Shown piece after piece: positions 49,101 through 58,000 of a DNA stretch of 64,000 nt. How positions within the stretch are numbered: the stretch's first letter is position 1; every line of letters starts with the position of its first letter. Position numbers and translations under genes: made by a program. Under the pieces are notes generated by a model. The model did not search any database and was not told the DNA's origin. It saw only the letters and a program-made list of their open reading frames with translations. Source of the DNA: an uncultured virus (IMG/VR IMGVR_UViG_3300027833_000020) (taxonomy: Duplodnaviria > Heunggongvirae > Uroviricota > Caudoviricetes); the IMG/VR virus record IMGVR_UViG_3300027833_000020, one strand, 5' to 3'.

Positions 49101-52100
49101 TTTACACGTTGTGCGCCACCGGTAAAGATTTTAACTGTATCATTAGCACTAAATCCGATATATGTATTTGTATCACCACGATGACGAATATAATCATCAA
49201 TATCAATGGTGTTTAATTGAGAATCACCGGCTGGATCTAAGTAATAATTAGCATCTGAACCGTCGTAGAAACGAGCGCCTGTAATATTACCAGTTGTATA
49301 GATAGCTTTGTTATTACGTACTTTTATAGTAGCAGTATCATCCATATAGAAACCGCCACCTTGACCAAAGCCAAGATCGTTATTTTTAAAATAACTTGAA
49401 GTTCCATTACCAAGTACGATTGCATCGTTGTCACCAGCAAGTGATACTGAACCAGATACATGTAATTTGTTATTTTCTATTGTACCTATAGCAGGAGTAG
49501 CATCTGAAACTGCGTATGTTGTAGAATCGTTATTAACAATTACGTCGCCTGATGAGAGTACAGCAAACTTACCGCTTGCGCTCTCGTCGTATACAACAAA
49601 ATTGTTATCAGTAACTAAGTATGCATTACCTGATGCATCACCAGCAAATCTAAAGTCTGTACTAGTATCGCCGAAGTCCATAAGTCTGTTAGTAGCAGCA
49701 AACGGGTTATTACCCATTGTGGCTTCTTGTCTAACACTTAGTGGTGAGGTTGGATTTAAAAGACCAACACCTACATAACCACCATTCGGGTTTAAGGCAA
49801 GTTCAAAATTAGCATTGTCTGACTCACGACCAGATTGCATTGCAACTGAATAATTACCAACTGATGATAATGAAGCAATGTGTAGATGAACATCAGATCC
49901 ACCAACTTTAAGTGCTGAGTCACTTAGGTCTGCAAGACTATCTGGACGAGTTAAACTATTACCGATATATCCACGGCCTGTAGCAGTTATGCTGCCGGTT
50001 ATATTTGTATTTTGATTAAGACTAATAAGAGAACTAGCAAAGTTTGCACGTTTACCACCAGCAGTCCATACACCAAACTGATCAGCAGCATCAAAACCAA
50101 CATAAGTGTTTGTGTCACCGGTGTGTGTAAGATAATCGTCTGTGTAGAATCTTGGAGCATATACATTCTGAGTAAAATCAGCTGAGTCAACATCAATGTT
50201 TACTTGTTTAACGTTATTAGCCCAGATACCGAAAGCATTGTTAGTATTAAAACCAAAGTAAGCAGTATTATTACCATTATGTTTAATGTAATCATCAATA
50301 CCGATATTGCCCATTACTGAGGATCCAGCAGGATCTACGAGATAAGTATTATTGCCACTATCGATTAATCTTGGAGCATAAACATCAACACTAAAGTCTG
50401 CACTGTCGTTATCAATATTTAATCTTTGAACTGCATTGGTCCATACACGGAATGTATCATTAGCACCAAAGCCAAAGTAAGTGTTTGTATCACCACGGTG
50501 TCTAATGAAATCATCAATATCAATGGTGTTTAATTGTGAATCACCATTTGGATGTAAGTAATAAGCAGTGTTTGTTGAATCGTAGAAGATTGGAGCTCTA
50601 AATGAACCCGGCGCTTCAACGTAAGTTGTATAGACATTTAATTCGTTATTACCGCCTGCTGAGAAAGCAATTCTATCAGCAGCACCTCTATACATACCTG
50701 TATTAGGATCGGAAGTAAACGAGAAAGAAGGTAATGCGGCTGTACCGTTACCTGTAAGCATTTGACCAGCAGCTTTTATCGATACACCAGTATTATTAAA
50801 ATCTGCGTAATATGTTTCGTCGTCGTAATCATAATAGATAGGAGCATATGCACCAGATGTAAATACACCGAACGCTGCTGTTATTGTATTACTACCAGCA
50901 TTAATTGGTCTGTTAAAGTTAAATCTATTTAAGCCAATACCAGATGAAACAATTTCAAAGTTTACACTATGATCTGTTCCGTCTGATTCATCTTGATAAT
51001 ATCTTATGTAGCCTTGACCATCAGTAACATTAACATTGAATCTTTCGTTAACATTACGACCGATATTTACATCGTTAGTAGTTGCACCACTATAGAAGTT
51101 AGCAGAATGTAATTCAGATAAACCTGCCGGATCGATAAACTTAGTATTATCAGCAGCATCTAGCATTCTAGGAGCAATAAGATCAACCGATGATGTTACT
51201 GCAGTATTTGATACTACAAGTCTGTCTGCGCTAGCAGTGGCAAACTTAATCGTGCTGGGTTCGAATGCAACAGCCGTTCCAACATCGTCATTATGAATAA
51301 TAGCATTATCAATTCCGATAGTTTGCATTTTTGAAAGTGAAGCCGGATTTACATAATAAGTATTATCGTTTCTATCAATTAACCTATCAGCAATTATATC
51401 ACCAACATATTGGAAAGATGTGGCAGACATTAAACCAAGCTGACTACCCGCGATATCAAATCCAATTTGGCTATCTGCTGGGAAGTCTATTAGAGTAGTT
51501 ACATCGCCATCACGACGTAAAGCACCTGCAAGATCAATATTATTAAGTGTTGATATACCTGATGGAATAACCTCATAGGTATTATCATTAATATCAATAA
51601 ACTTTTGTGCGTAAATATCATCTGTTACTTGAACATCACCAGAGGCGTCTACTTTAAATGCGTAATTAAATGATGTGTTTAAGAAACCAATTTCGCCAAC
51701 TGTAGAAGCAAGAGTACCGTTGTTTCCGGCACCATCCATATATAAGAATGCTGTTCCGTTACCGTCGCCAACTGTTAAGTTACCTTCGACTGTAATATTA
51801 CCTGATGCTACATCGTCAGCATCAGATCTTAAGAATTGAGAAGCTTCTAAACCATCTACTGTGTCAGCGTCAAAGTTATTGCCTGAACCTTCGTCAGCAG
51901 TTGTAATAATGCGACCTAAGTCTACACCATCTGAAATAAGTTTAAACCAATCGGCTGTTTCATCCCACTGTAAAGAAGATGCATTCTCATCACCACGAAG
52001 AACTTCCCAGCCAGCATTCTCTGTTGGAGCACCGGTTGTAAAATTACTATTAAGTGTAAGAAGATTATCAGCAAATAAGATTGTTTCAGACTGAACTTCA

Positions 52101-52675
52101 GTACGTGTACCTTGAACTGTAAGATTACCAGTGATAATATAATCACCGTCCATCGTATCATTTTGATCTGAGCGAACAAAAGATAGAGAATCAAGTCCGT
52201 CTATTAAGTCAGCGTCAAGACCAGATCCTGCACCGTCATTACCAGCATTCCAGAATACGCTACCGTTATATGTTGGTTCTCTCTTAAAGTCAATACCAAG
52301 AGAGCTGAACGACATGTCAACTGTATTGTCGTAGAGTATTTCTAAACCAACTGTATTATCGTATAATTTTAAACCATTATTCTGACCGGTATTAATAATA
52401 CGATAATCACCAAATGTATCATTGATGATTTTAATTGATTGAGATGTTCCTGCAAATTCAGCAATTTCGGCAGAAGGTCCGCCGGAGTTTTCTACTTTTA
52501 AGGAAGGTGTTGCTTGTACGGCTTGGGTTATCTCAGCTTTACCTGTAAGTTTTGATGAACCCGTGACCTGGAGTCTATCTGCTCCGGTGTCTGTAGAAGA
52601 TCCTATTACAACATTTTCTTCTGTTTGCAGACCATTCTTGACTATAAATTTTTTATCGTTGGCCATTCGGTTCAC
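43127..52675 (-). CDS. giant long tail fibre with C-terminal autocleaving chaperone (peptidase G2-like)
   Basis: 3182 aa; LDADL.DG.D motifs, about 20 AP.(F/Y)YDS.....Y..P...S repeats; ADLAERY...GVIST.P...IAL.GR.P...V.KG..IIG.AL tail; start may be 52666. Confidence 0.85.
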   Translation of the reverse strand: MNRMANDKKFIVKNGLQTEENVVIGSSTDTGADRLQVTGSSKLTGKAEITQAVQATPSLKVENSGGPSAEIAEFAGTSQSIKIINDTFGDYRIINTGQNNGLKLYDNTVGLEILYDNTVDMSFSSLGIDFKREPTYNGSVFWNAGNDGAGSGLDADLIDGLDSLSFVRSDQNDTMDGDYIITGNLTVQGTRTEVQSETILFADNLLTLNSNFTTGAPTENAGWEVLRGDENASSLQWDETADWFKLISDGVDLGRIITTADEGSGNNFDADTVDGLEASQFLRSDADDVASGNITVEGNLTVGDGNGTAFLYMDGAGNNGTLASTVGEIGFLNTSFNYAFKVDASGDVQVTDDIYAQKFIDINDNTYEVIPSGISTLNNIDLAGALRRDGDVTTLIDFPADSQIGFDIAGSQLGLMSATSFQYVGDIIADRLIDRNDNTYYVNPASLSKMQTIGIDNAIIHNDDVGTAVAFEPSTIKFATASADRLVVSNTAVTSSVDLIAPRMLDAADNTKFIDPAGLSELHSANFYSGATTNDVNIGRNVNERFNVNVTDGQGYIRYYQDESDGTDHSVNFEIVSSGIGLNRFNFNRPINAGSNTITAAFGVFTSGAYAPIYYDYDDETYYADFNNTGVSIKAAGQMLTGNGTAALPSFSFTSDPNTGMYRGAADRIAFSAGGNNELNVYTTYVEAPGSFRAPIFYDSTNTAYYLHPNGDSQLNTIDIDDFIRHRGDTNTYFGFGANDTFRVWTNAVQRLNIDNDSADFSVDVYAPRLIDSGNNTYLVDPAGSSVMGNIGIDDYIKHNGNNTAYFGFNTNNAFGIWANNVKQVNIDVDSADFTQNVYAPRFYTDDYLTHTGDTNTYVGFDAADQFGVWTAGGKRANFASSLISLNQNTNITGSITATGRGYIGNSLTRPDSLADLSDSALKVGGSDVHLHIASLSSVGNYSVAMQSGRESDNANFELALNPNGGYVGVGLLNPTSPLSVRQEATMGNNPFAATNRLMDFGDTSTDFRFAGDASGNAYLVTDNNFVVYDESASGKFAVLSSGDVIVNNDSTTYAVSDATPAIGTIENNKLHVSGSVSLAGDNDAIVLGNGTSSYFKNNDLGFGQGGGFYMDDTATIKVRNNKAIYTTGNITGARFYDGSDANYYLDPAGDSQLNTIDIDDYIRHRGDTNTYIGFSANDTVKIFTGGAQRVNIDNDSANFAQNVYAPAYYDSNTPTYYGDFAGTSVMNDINIDDWIRHNGNVDAYFGFAGNNNFKLFTNGTERFNVDANSADFSVNVYAPRYYDSNDSFYYTDPASTSRMNGITFGAPGTNGVKGRYLSIEGNADSSGEGSARIFFAEHNSTTAAMDRYGMSLAYQGGSTQVTSASGQPVTLNGLSNGTWGLIGHDNSVNGNWAMRGPRSGGYVEARGDFRAPRFYDSNNTAYYGDFASTSIMNVVRANQYQMDVSGRYIDSPSGNYGTIKVEGDTGGWAGYAIRDDWVFMSNGATNMGLYNDTRNEWSLYAQDNNFTRLYSNGVHQIGAENGYGYAPVSMRSKIFYDSDNTNFYAEMAGQSRLKSVKAGNGPINNNSTYPLEVYSAQRYLTGLRNSGAGANYPWLVHDNYNFNQTGSKDAFIIHFNGLGDKLNLDEAGNMLITGEMAASNYNLNAGNENISLNPAYGVGKTELKLFDGAKYWEKRAIQALQGNEIAPTGTTGEYVKSTDSPAPSSYVLRTAAYRNFYSDMIEVEPGEEVYGEMYVKRISGSGGLFYYGIERFDKDKKPIAGNTGTTYFVGGGNNVTSTSWQKFSGYSTIPTTHTAYSGSDGQACRYVRMRVLMNYSTGGALREFTPPILMRTKVPSRIRTDEAVFSPIYYDSNDANYYLDPASTSKLNVVDASNFRDRDNTAYFMNPASGGKVVGTWDWTNGSITNLNNLTFNDPGASEGIKWNNGNSWQIYESPDNQTNAGGNLQFTSGTGAGTRRLTLNTSGDAIAGRYMDATRFRDKDNVAYYLDPASTSILNEVRVNDYFRHNGDTDTYLRFPAADDMQLVAGGRQMIRMSEGTNPDRLRFVTDTNWTDSSGNWAMSGNITVSGISYANASSRSPIFYDSNDTTYYGNFASTSRMNVINANTYSLNDGWDIYDDDSNTLSIRSNNSDNGEIIFRDSNSTACGRIYFDDDSHWGFRTGIENEWSIYMERNARTILYYNGGQQARTQNGYFEANNQMRAPIYYDSNDTGFYANPNGTSRFRDLTTLGVINTPGVTGYSGSLTSRDNRSIEPNDDTSGQLKFGFTSWNNNNSSPYADYLHLRSYTDASGGSDNLLMFKKTGGRGMRLYQQSWNSGTAYSAYSDLAIYNANPGGGANSSFYASIFYDSDDTTYRLDPNSNSRIKHLKVAAVDANARYDYAALEVRELNYAGTGAANEQTAPRIGFHWGGRVASQIMLQTNGEIQIRNNPGTGYESMRAQIGYFQGDVRAPRYYDSNSTTYYGDFASTSIMNSLDIRGEVYNDGWFRNDTSSRGLYNTATAMHWYSTANNAWRAYSTSNTSRIDMHTSGNNRRGAFYANNSNEVGILSQDDGWALQTTNSKVDSHHNFYAPVMYDRNNSGYYINPNGTSNLYTVNINAESKMATQKAWVATNYGHGVYGVYSASRYQHVWSMGTSYNLPANGSDTSGAAGNLYGLAWSYNPGYGGASNNIQSKTGLNHQLLLMQNGSTTFAAGSGMWTNGISTSTNSHRAPIFYDTNNTGYYFDGASINSTRFEGVSSRTKAHMALSGQTRSSAEYYMARPRITSDTNYWTGAMGWGTQDMTGSVANWGSGFIDSWSNPANQPSGTSHWVGVQSYHYSNGSSRYGWQMVGGPIENLRFRSTWGGFRAWRTIPVLGVNNGNGAAIYASSFIDSNNTGFYCDPSSGTNLNGDLRATEIYARNWFRNDNAREGMYNTATGSHSYSYQGQYWAITGNNNGSSMSLQLRAAYNGTMCRWMYGDRTWSGDLNAAGQWQFQTRHQDGYSPSLRFIESGNESWTGNIGNDAGKIEYHSNRFYIEAGGNSNRICQFRRNGSDRSYVDNNGLYVGTATSARWADLAERYTADAIYENATVLGVNLDGDSEATLWQPGMPLLGVISTNPAVQMNDMGIEPGSTSTKAKMNPFIALKGRIPCLVSQPVKKGQWVIPDVDGKAKGVDYGTSGINSYEIIGIALSDSENGEVEVKV

Positions 52676-52713
52676 TCTCCCCAGTTAGGCTTTTAAACAT
52701 GTGTGATTTACTA

Positions 52714-52721
52714 TATTTATA
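52714..52721 (-). promoter_or_regulatory. T4-type late promoter
   Basis: TATAAATA upstream of the giant fibre gene. Confidence 0.75.
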
Positions 52722-52728
52722 TATAAAG

Positions 52729-54966
52729 TTAATCGTCTAGCAAAGTTGCTATTGTATTAAATACGGTTGATCCAGAACTTCCTGGAGTTACCCTTAGTTC
52801 TAAATTTGATCCTGATATAGCAACATCAAACGTTGCCAATTCAGTTCCTGTATATACAACACCATATTCTGTAGCAACAGCAGTCGTGCCATTATGAGTA
52901 ACAAGTAGTTTTGTCATATGACGATTTGAACCTTGGGTTGCAGTAACTAGTACTTCGCTTGCTGCAAAATCAGCATGAGCAAAGGAAAGAAGAGCAACTT
53001 CTGTGGTAGCAGCTGTTGTTAATTTAAATGATTTTGTTCTTGATTCTGTTTGGATAATATCTGCGTTAACTGTTAAGTTGCCAGACATTGTATCGCCAGT
53101 AACATCTACAAAGTTAGCATCAGCTTCTGTTTCTGTGTAATAACGATTATCTAATTGACCAGCATCTAATTCTGTTTCAGTATAGTATCTGTTGTCTAAT
53201 TGGCCAGCATCTAATTCTGTTTCGGTGTAATATCTGTTATCTAATTGACCAGCATCTAATTCTGTTTCAGTATAATAGAAATCATCGAAGTGTGTAGTTA
53301 CTGTACTTTGCACATGGCCAAATGTATCAAAAGTTAAGCCAGTAATTGCTCGACCTGACGCCAAAGAAACATCTACAACTGATGATGTGTCTGCGTGATT
53401 AAGTGTAATTGATGTATTAGCAAAATCATTTAAGTTGAAATTACCAGAACCGGTTAAACCGTTAGAACCTGATATTTGAACTAAACCATTACCGATTTGT
53501 GCTGCAGAATTCGAAGCAGCCGTTGCTAAGATGTCTGATTTATGCGAACCATCTAATAAGTCAGCATCAAGTCCAGATCCGTCACCATCAACAGTTTTAA
53601 TCGCAGTTAATATTTCGGCAGCAGTTTGATCTGCGGTAGCACTAGCTTCAATTAAATCTAGTTTATCACCATCAACGGAAAGATCTCTACCGTCTACAGT
53701 TCCTGCAGTTGTAATATCGCCTGTTGTGATATCACTAAATACATTTAATAAAGCATTATAATTTGTAGTACTTGTACTAAGAACTAATGTGTTATTTGCA
53801 GAATACCATTGAAAATCATCGACACCAGATACTGCAGCTGTTCCTGCCGCGGTTAATCGACCATCTTCGTCAACGGTAAACGTTGGGATTGCAGTAGATG
53901 AACCATATGATCCTGCAGTTACAGCAGTATTAGCCAGCTCTGTAGTAAAAGAAATATTACCGTCTGTAGCTGAGCCTGTACCTGTTACTTTACCAGTAAG
54001 TGTTACTTCTGTTTCTGTTTTAACATGAAATAATGAACCATCGCCAGTTTCTAAAGTAATTGTATTATTAGCAGTTGTATACGAGAAATCCTCAACACCA
54101 GATACTGAGGATGTTGTAACAGACGTTAAACGACCATCTTCATCAACTGTAATTACTGGAACAGCAGTTGCTGAACCATAACTACCAGCAGTTACACCAG
54201 TGTTGGCTAACTCAGTAGTAAGTGTCATTACACCAGTATTCGAAGAAGCCGTACCTGTAACTTTACCTGTTAGTGTAAGATCTAAACCATCTTCTAATAA
54301 ATCTAATTTAGCACCATCAACCGCAATATCACGGCCATCTACTCTTCCGCCAACAATTATATTGTTTGTTACTTCTAGAGCGTCGAACTCATTTATAATC
54401 GTATGATAGAATGAACCATCGGCTGTTCCGATAGTAAACGTTGTGTTTGCAGGAGTCCAAGTAGTTGTGTCGACACCGGCTACAGATACGTCAGCAGCTG
54501 CAGTTAATCGACCATCTTCATCGACAGTAAATGTAGGAATTAAAGAAGATGAACCGTATGAACCGGCTGTTACTGCAGTGTTTGCAAGTTCTGTTTGAAC
54601 TGTCATTACACCAGTATTTGAAAAAGCTGTGCCTGTTACTTTACCTTCTAGCGTAAAATCTAAGGTGGCCGGAGGTACGTTAGTAAAGTTATTATAGTCT
54701 AGGTAGAAGCTACCTTCTTCACCATCTAATAGGTCTGAGTCAAGCCCAGATGTTGCACCATCAACGGTTTTAATAAGAGTAAGAATTGCAGAAGGATCAA
54801 GATCTGCGGATATATCAACAATAGATTCTGTGTTTGATGTAGCGTCATATTTCTTAAAATATAACTTACCATCTTGTGTGTTAATTGCTACTTCACCCAG
54901 TGCTAACTGTGCTACTGTAGGAATATTTCCCGCAACCGAACTACGGCGTAATTTAATTGTTGACAT
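52729..54966 (-). CDS. tail-fibre-like structural protein
   Basis: IKLRRS...P....L..GE.AIN..DGKLY N-terminus; three LANT.VTAGSYGS....P..TVDEDGRLT repeats; LDADLLDG. Confidence 0.8.
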   Translation of the reverse strand: MSTIKLRRSSVAGNIPTVAQLALGEVAINTQDGKLYFKKYDATSNTESIVDISADLDPSAILTLIKTVDGATSGLDSDLLDGEEGSFYLDYNNFTNVPPATLDFTLEGKVTGTAFSNTGVMTVQTELANTAVTAGSYGSSSLIPTFTVDEDGRLTAAADVSVAGVDTTTWTPANTTFTIGTADGSFYHTIINEFDALEVTNNIIVGGRVDGRDIAVDGAKLDLLEDGLDLTLTGKVTGTASSNTGVMTLTTELANTGVTAGSYGSATAVPVITVDEDGRLTSVTTSSVSGVEDFSYTTANNTITLETGDGSLFHVKTETEVTLTGKVTGTGSATDGNISFTTELANTAVTAGSYGSSTAIPTFTVDEDGRLTAAGTAAVSGVDDFQWYSANNTLVLSTSTTNYNALLNVFSDITTGDITTAGTVDGRDLSVDGDKLDLIEASATADQTAAEILTAIKTVDGDGSGLDADLLDGSHKSDILATAASNSAAQIGNGLVQISGSNGLTGSGNFNLNDFANTSITLNHADTSSVVDVSLASGRAITGLTFDTFGHVQSTVTTHFDDFYYTETELDAGQLDNRYYTETELDAGQLDNRYYTETELDAGQLDNRYYTETEADANFVDVTGDTMSGNLTVNADIIQTESRTKSFKLTTAATTEVALLSFAHADFAASEVLVTATQGSNRHMTKLLVTHNGTTAVATEYGVVYTGTELATFDVAISGSNLELRVTPGSSGSTVFNTIATLLDD
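53126..53277. repeat. 45-bp tandem coding repeat
   Basis: (YYTETELDAGQLDNR)x3 plus YYTETE. Confidence 0.9.
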
Positions 54967-55031
54967 ATCTATGTCCCTTTGTTATAATAGCTATATAGCT
55001 CTTTAATAATACTAAGTTGTTTTAATTAAAA

Positions 55032-58000
55032 TTAAAACGTTCCACCATCTAATTCATTAACAGCGATTGAGATATTGTTATCTGATACAGTAGTATCAAC
55101 TCCATCTACACCTGCTATTGTAATTGTTTCACCCAATGTAACAACATCATTAGAACCATTATCAGCAGCAAAGCTAATATTCGGATTAGTAACCGAGAAT
55201 GTAGTTCCAGTTAATGTTAATGCTTCACCAGCAGAGTATGTACCCGCACCAGAGAATTGATAAAATGTAACAGCGTCGGTATCTAATACGAATGTTTCAG
55301 TATCAGCTACCTGAGCAACCCAACCAGTACCGTTATTTACAGTACCATCGGTTATAAATTGGAAAGCACCTGGAATTTCAGATGTTTCATTAAAATATTC
55401 ACCTCGAGTAAGAACCCAAGGAGTATTAGCATCACCAATAGTTGTAAGTTCATAAGAACCATTTTCTGATGCAGTTGTTTGATCTTTAACAAGTACCTTA
55501 TCACCGATGTTCCAGTCTGTAACACCATCAAGAGTAAACGCGCTTGTAGCACCAGCAGCATCGGTAAGAGTTCCTAAACTATAAGTTGCTACTAGATCTG
55601 CAACAGTAGCCGCCAATGCAGCTGGGATAATTCTTAAACCTTGTGCAACACTATCAACATATGATTTAGTAGCAGCATCTTGTAAACTTACAGGATCGGC
55701 CACATTCGTAATAAGATTATTATTTACATCTAGATTGCCAGTAGGATCTAAAATAATATCCCCAGCAGCCGTAGAAATAGTACTACTTATTACTGATATG
55801 TTACCAGCAACAAGATTGTCTTCAACTTGTAACGCTTTAAGGAGCGAGTCTGTACCGCCTGGATGTAAGAAGTATGAAGTAGAATCAACGTCAACAAACT
55901 TCTCTGCTCTAACGTCTTTAGCAACTACCCAGTCACCAGTTGCTTTATCTGAATATGAAGCGTAATTAAAAGTATTATTAAGGAAACCAATTTTACCTTG
56001 GCTTGCATAAAAATGTGAGAAACTACCTGGCCCATCTCGCATTTTAATTTCAGCGAATGTTGAACCATATCCGAATTCAACTTTATTAAGTCTAGAAATT
56101 CCATTAGGATCTACATAAAATTGATTATCATTCTCATCTACAAATCTTGGTGCAATAATATCTTCTGTAGATGTACCACCAGATGTTGTAATGTATCTTG
56201 TATTAAGTTCTGTATAATCAAGTTCAATAGCAGAGTTAGAACTTGGTCCGGCAGTATGAGTAACAATGATACCAGTATTTGCGCCGTCACTTGTTACATG
56301 TGAGATATAATCTGCTGTAATATTTGCAGTAACTGTAGTATTAGTTAATCTTGAAACAGTAGATTGACCACTAAGATCTCCATCCAACACAATATTAAAG
56401 TCGTTAGCATAGATATGTATAACATCGTTAGGGTCATCGTTAACTACTGATACACCTTCATGTGTACCATCTGTAAACATAAGACCGATAATATCACGAG
56501 ATGTTTCTGTAAAGTTTGGAATCGCGTTAGCTTGTAATTCCAATGGAATTTCTGTAGCAAAATCAATACGACCATCTTCAGTAATACGAATACGAGGAGT
56601 AAATCCATCAGTACCGTACATACCTTCAGATCCAACCATTGGAGCATCAAGACCAAATTTCAATACGTTATTTGCTGTATCGAGTTCTATTAATTCAAGA
56701 CCACGACCTAGATCTAAAGTTGGACTTGCAAGTAAGTTAACACCGTCTGCGTAAGTGTTAGCTTGATCTATAATTGTTAAACCAGACGAGAACTGTGTAT
56801 CTAAGTAACCAAGGTTAACAGCGTCAGTTGGATTTACAGGATTAGGAAGACCTGTTAACACATTACTATTAACGTCGATGTTACCAACAGGATCTATAAC
56901 TAAATTGTTAGTTGCAGTCAATTTACCATTGACAAACATATCACCTGTGTTATAATTAATTATCAGTTTATCAAGATTAGAACCGAATGTTAAATCACCA
57001 GTTGCACCAATTTGCATTCTTTGAATAGCATCAGTGTAAAAATCTAATTCGTTGTTATTTGCACCAGCCGATGTTTCAGCGATGATAAAAGTATTCTTAT
57101 CTAAGTCAATAACCGATCCAGCAAGACCTGCCCAGATACTACCGTCGTATCCTTCAAATCTACCTTCTTCTGTATTAAATCGTAACATACCTGCAGGACC
57201 AACTGGTCTCAATGCAGTATTTGCTGAAGGGAACTTAACTGCTCCAGTTCCATCCATATTAATAACACCGTCAGAACTTGCAACTGTGTCTACGTGGATT
57301 TTGTGCCAGTTCTTAGATGCAGAACCTAATGAATAAATTCTATCTTGATCTGGTATAATATGAGAAGTAACGTCTGCAGCAAATGCTACTGTATCTGAAT
57401 CTTGATCACCAATTGTAAGATTACCAGCAATACCAACATCACCAGTAAAGTCTACTCTTGTATCACCGAATGTTGCAGATAATGTACCACCTGCAAAAAC
57501 TTGTATTTGATCGTTATCAGATCCAGGACTCGTCTCTGCAACAATTTTAGTATCTTGATCGACATCAATAACACCACCAAGACCAGACCAAGCAATACCA
57601 TCGTATCCTTCGAATTGGCCATCAGTAGAGTTAAATCGTACCATACCTTGTGCGGCAGTTGGTCGATCACTTGATTCACCAGTTGGTAAGGTTAATGCAC
57701 CATCACCATTAATTGTAAGAACATCACCGGTTCCCGTAGGAGTAATTGCTGTAAGAGGTAAAGTACTATCAACATTAAATTGTGTGCCATTAAGCGTTAA
57801 ACCGTTTCCAGCAGTAAATGTACCTTCACCTTGGAATTGAGTCCAATTAATATTATCATCATTAATATTAAAAGATGAAGCATCTTCTACAGTTATAACC
57901 CAGCCTGTTTGGCCATTTTGTGTACCGTCAGTAACGAATTCGTACGAACCAGGAATCTCTGAATCTTCGTTCGACCAAACTGTTCTTTGGAATACCCAAG

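Noticed and set aside
42365..52675. Diversity-generating retroelement or invertible shufflon acting on the fibre
   Set aside because: No reverse transcriptase or recombinase is in the window. Differences between the paralogs are synonymous rather than adenine-specific, and I found no inverted cassettes.
43127..52675. Y-x-D motifs in the fibre repeats as triceptide substrates
   Set aside because: The motif is degenerate (F/Y, D/N/H) and fits an ordinary structural fibre repeat. Nothing links it specifically to the enzymes.
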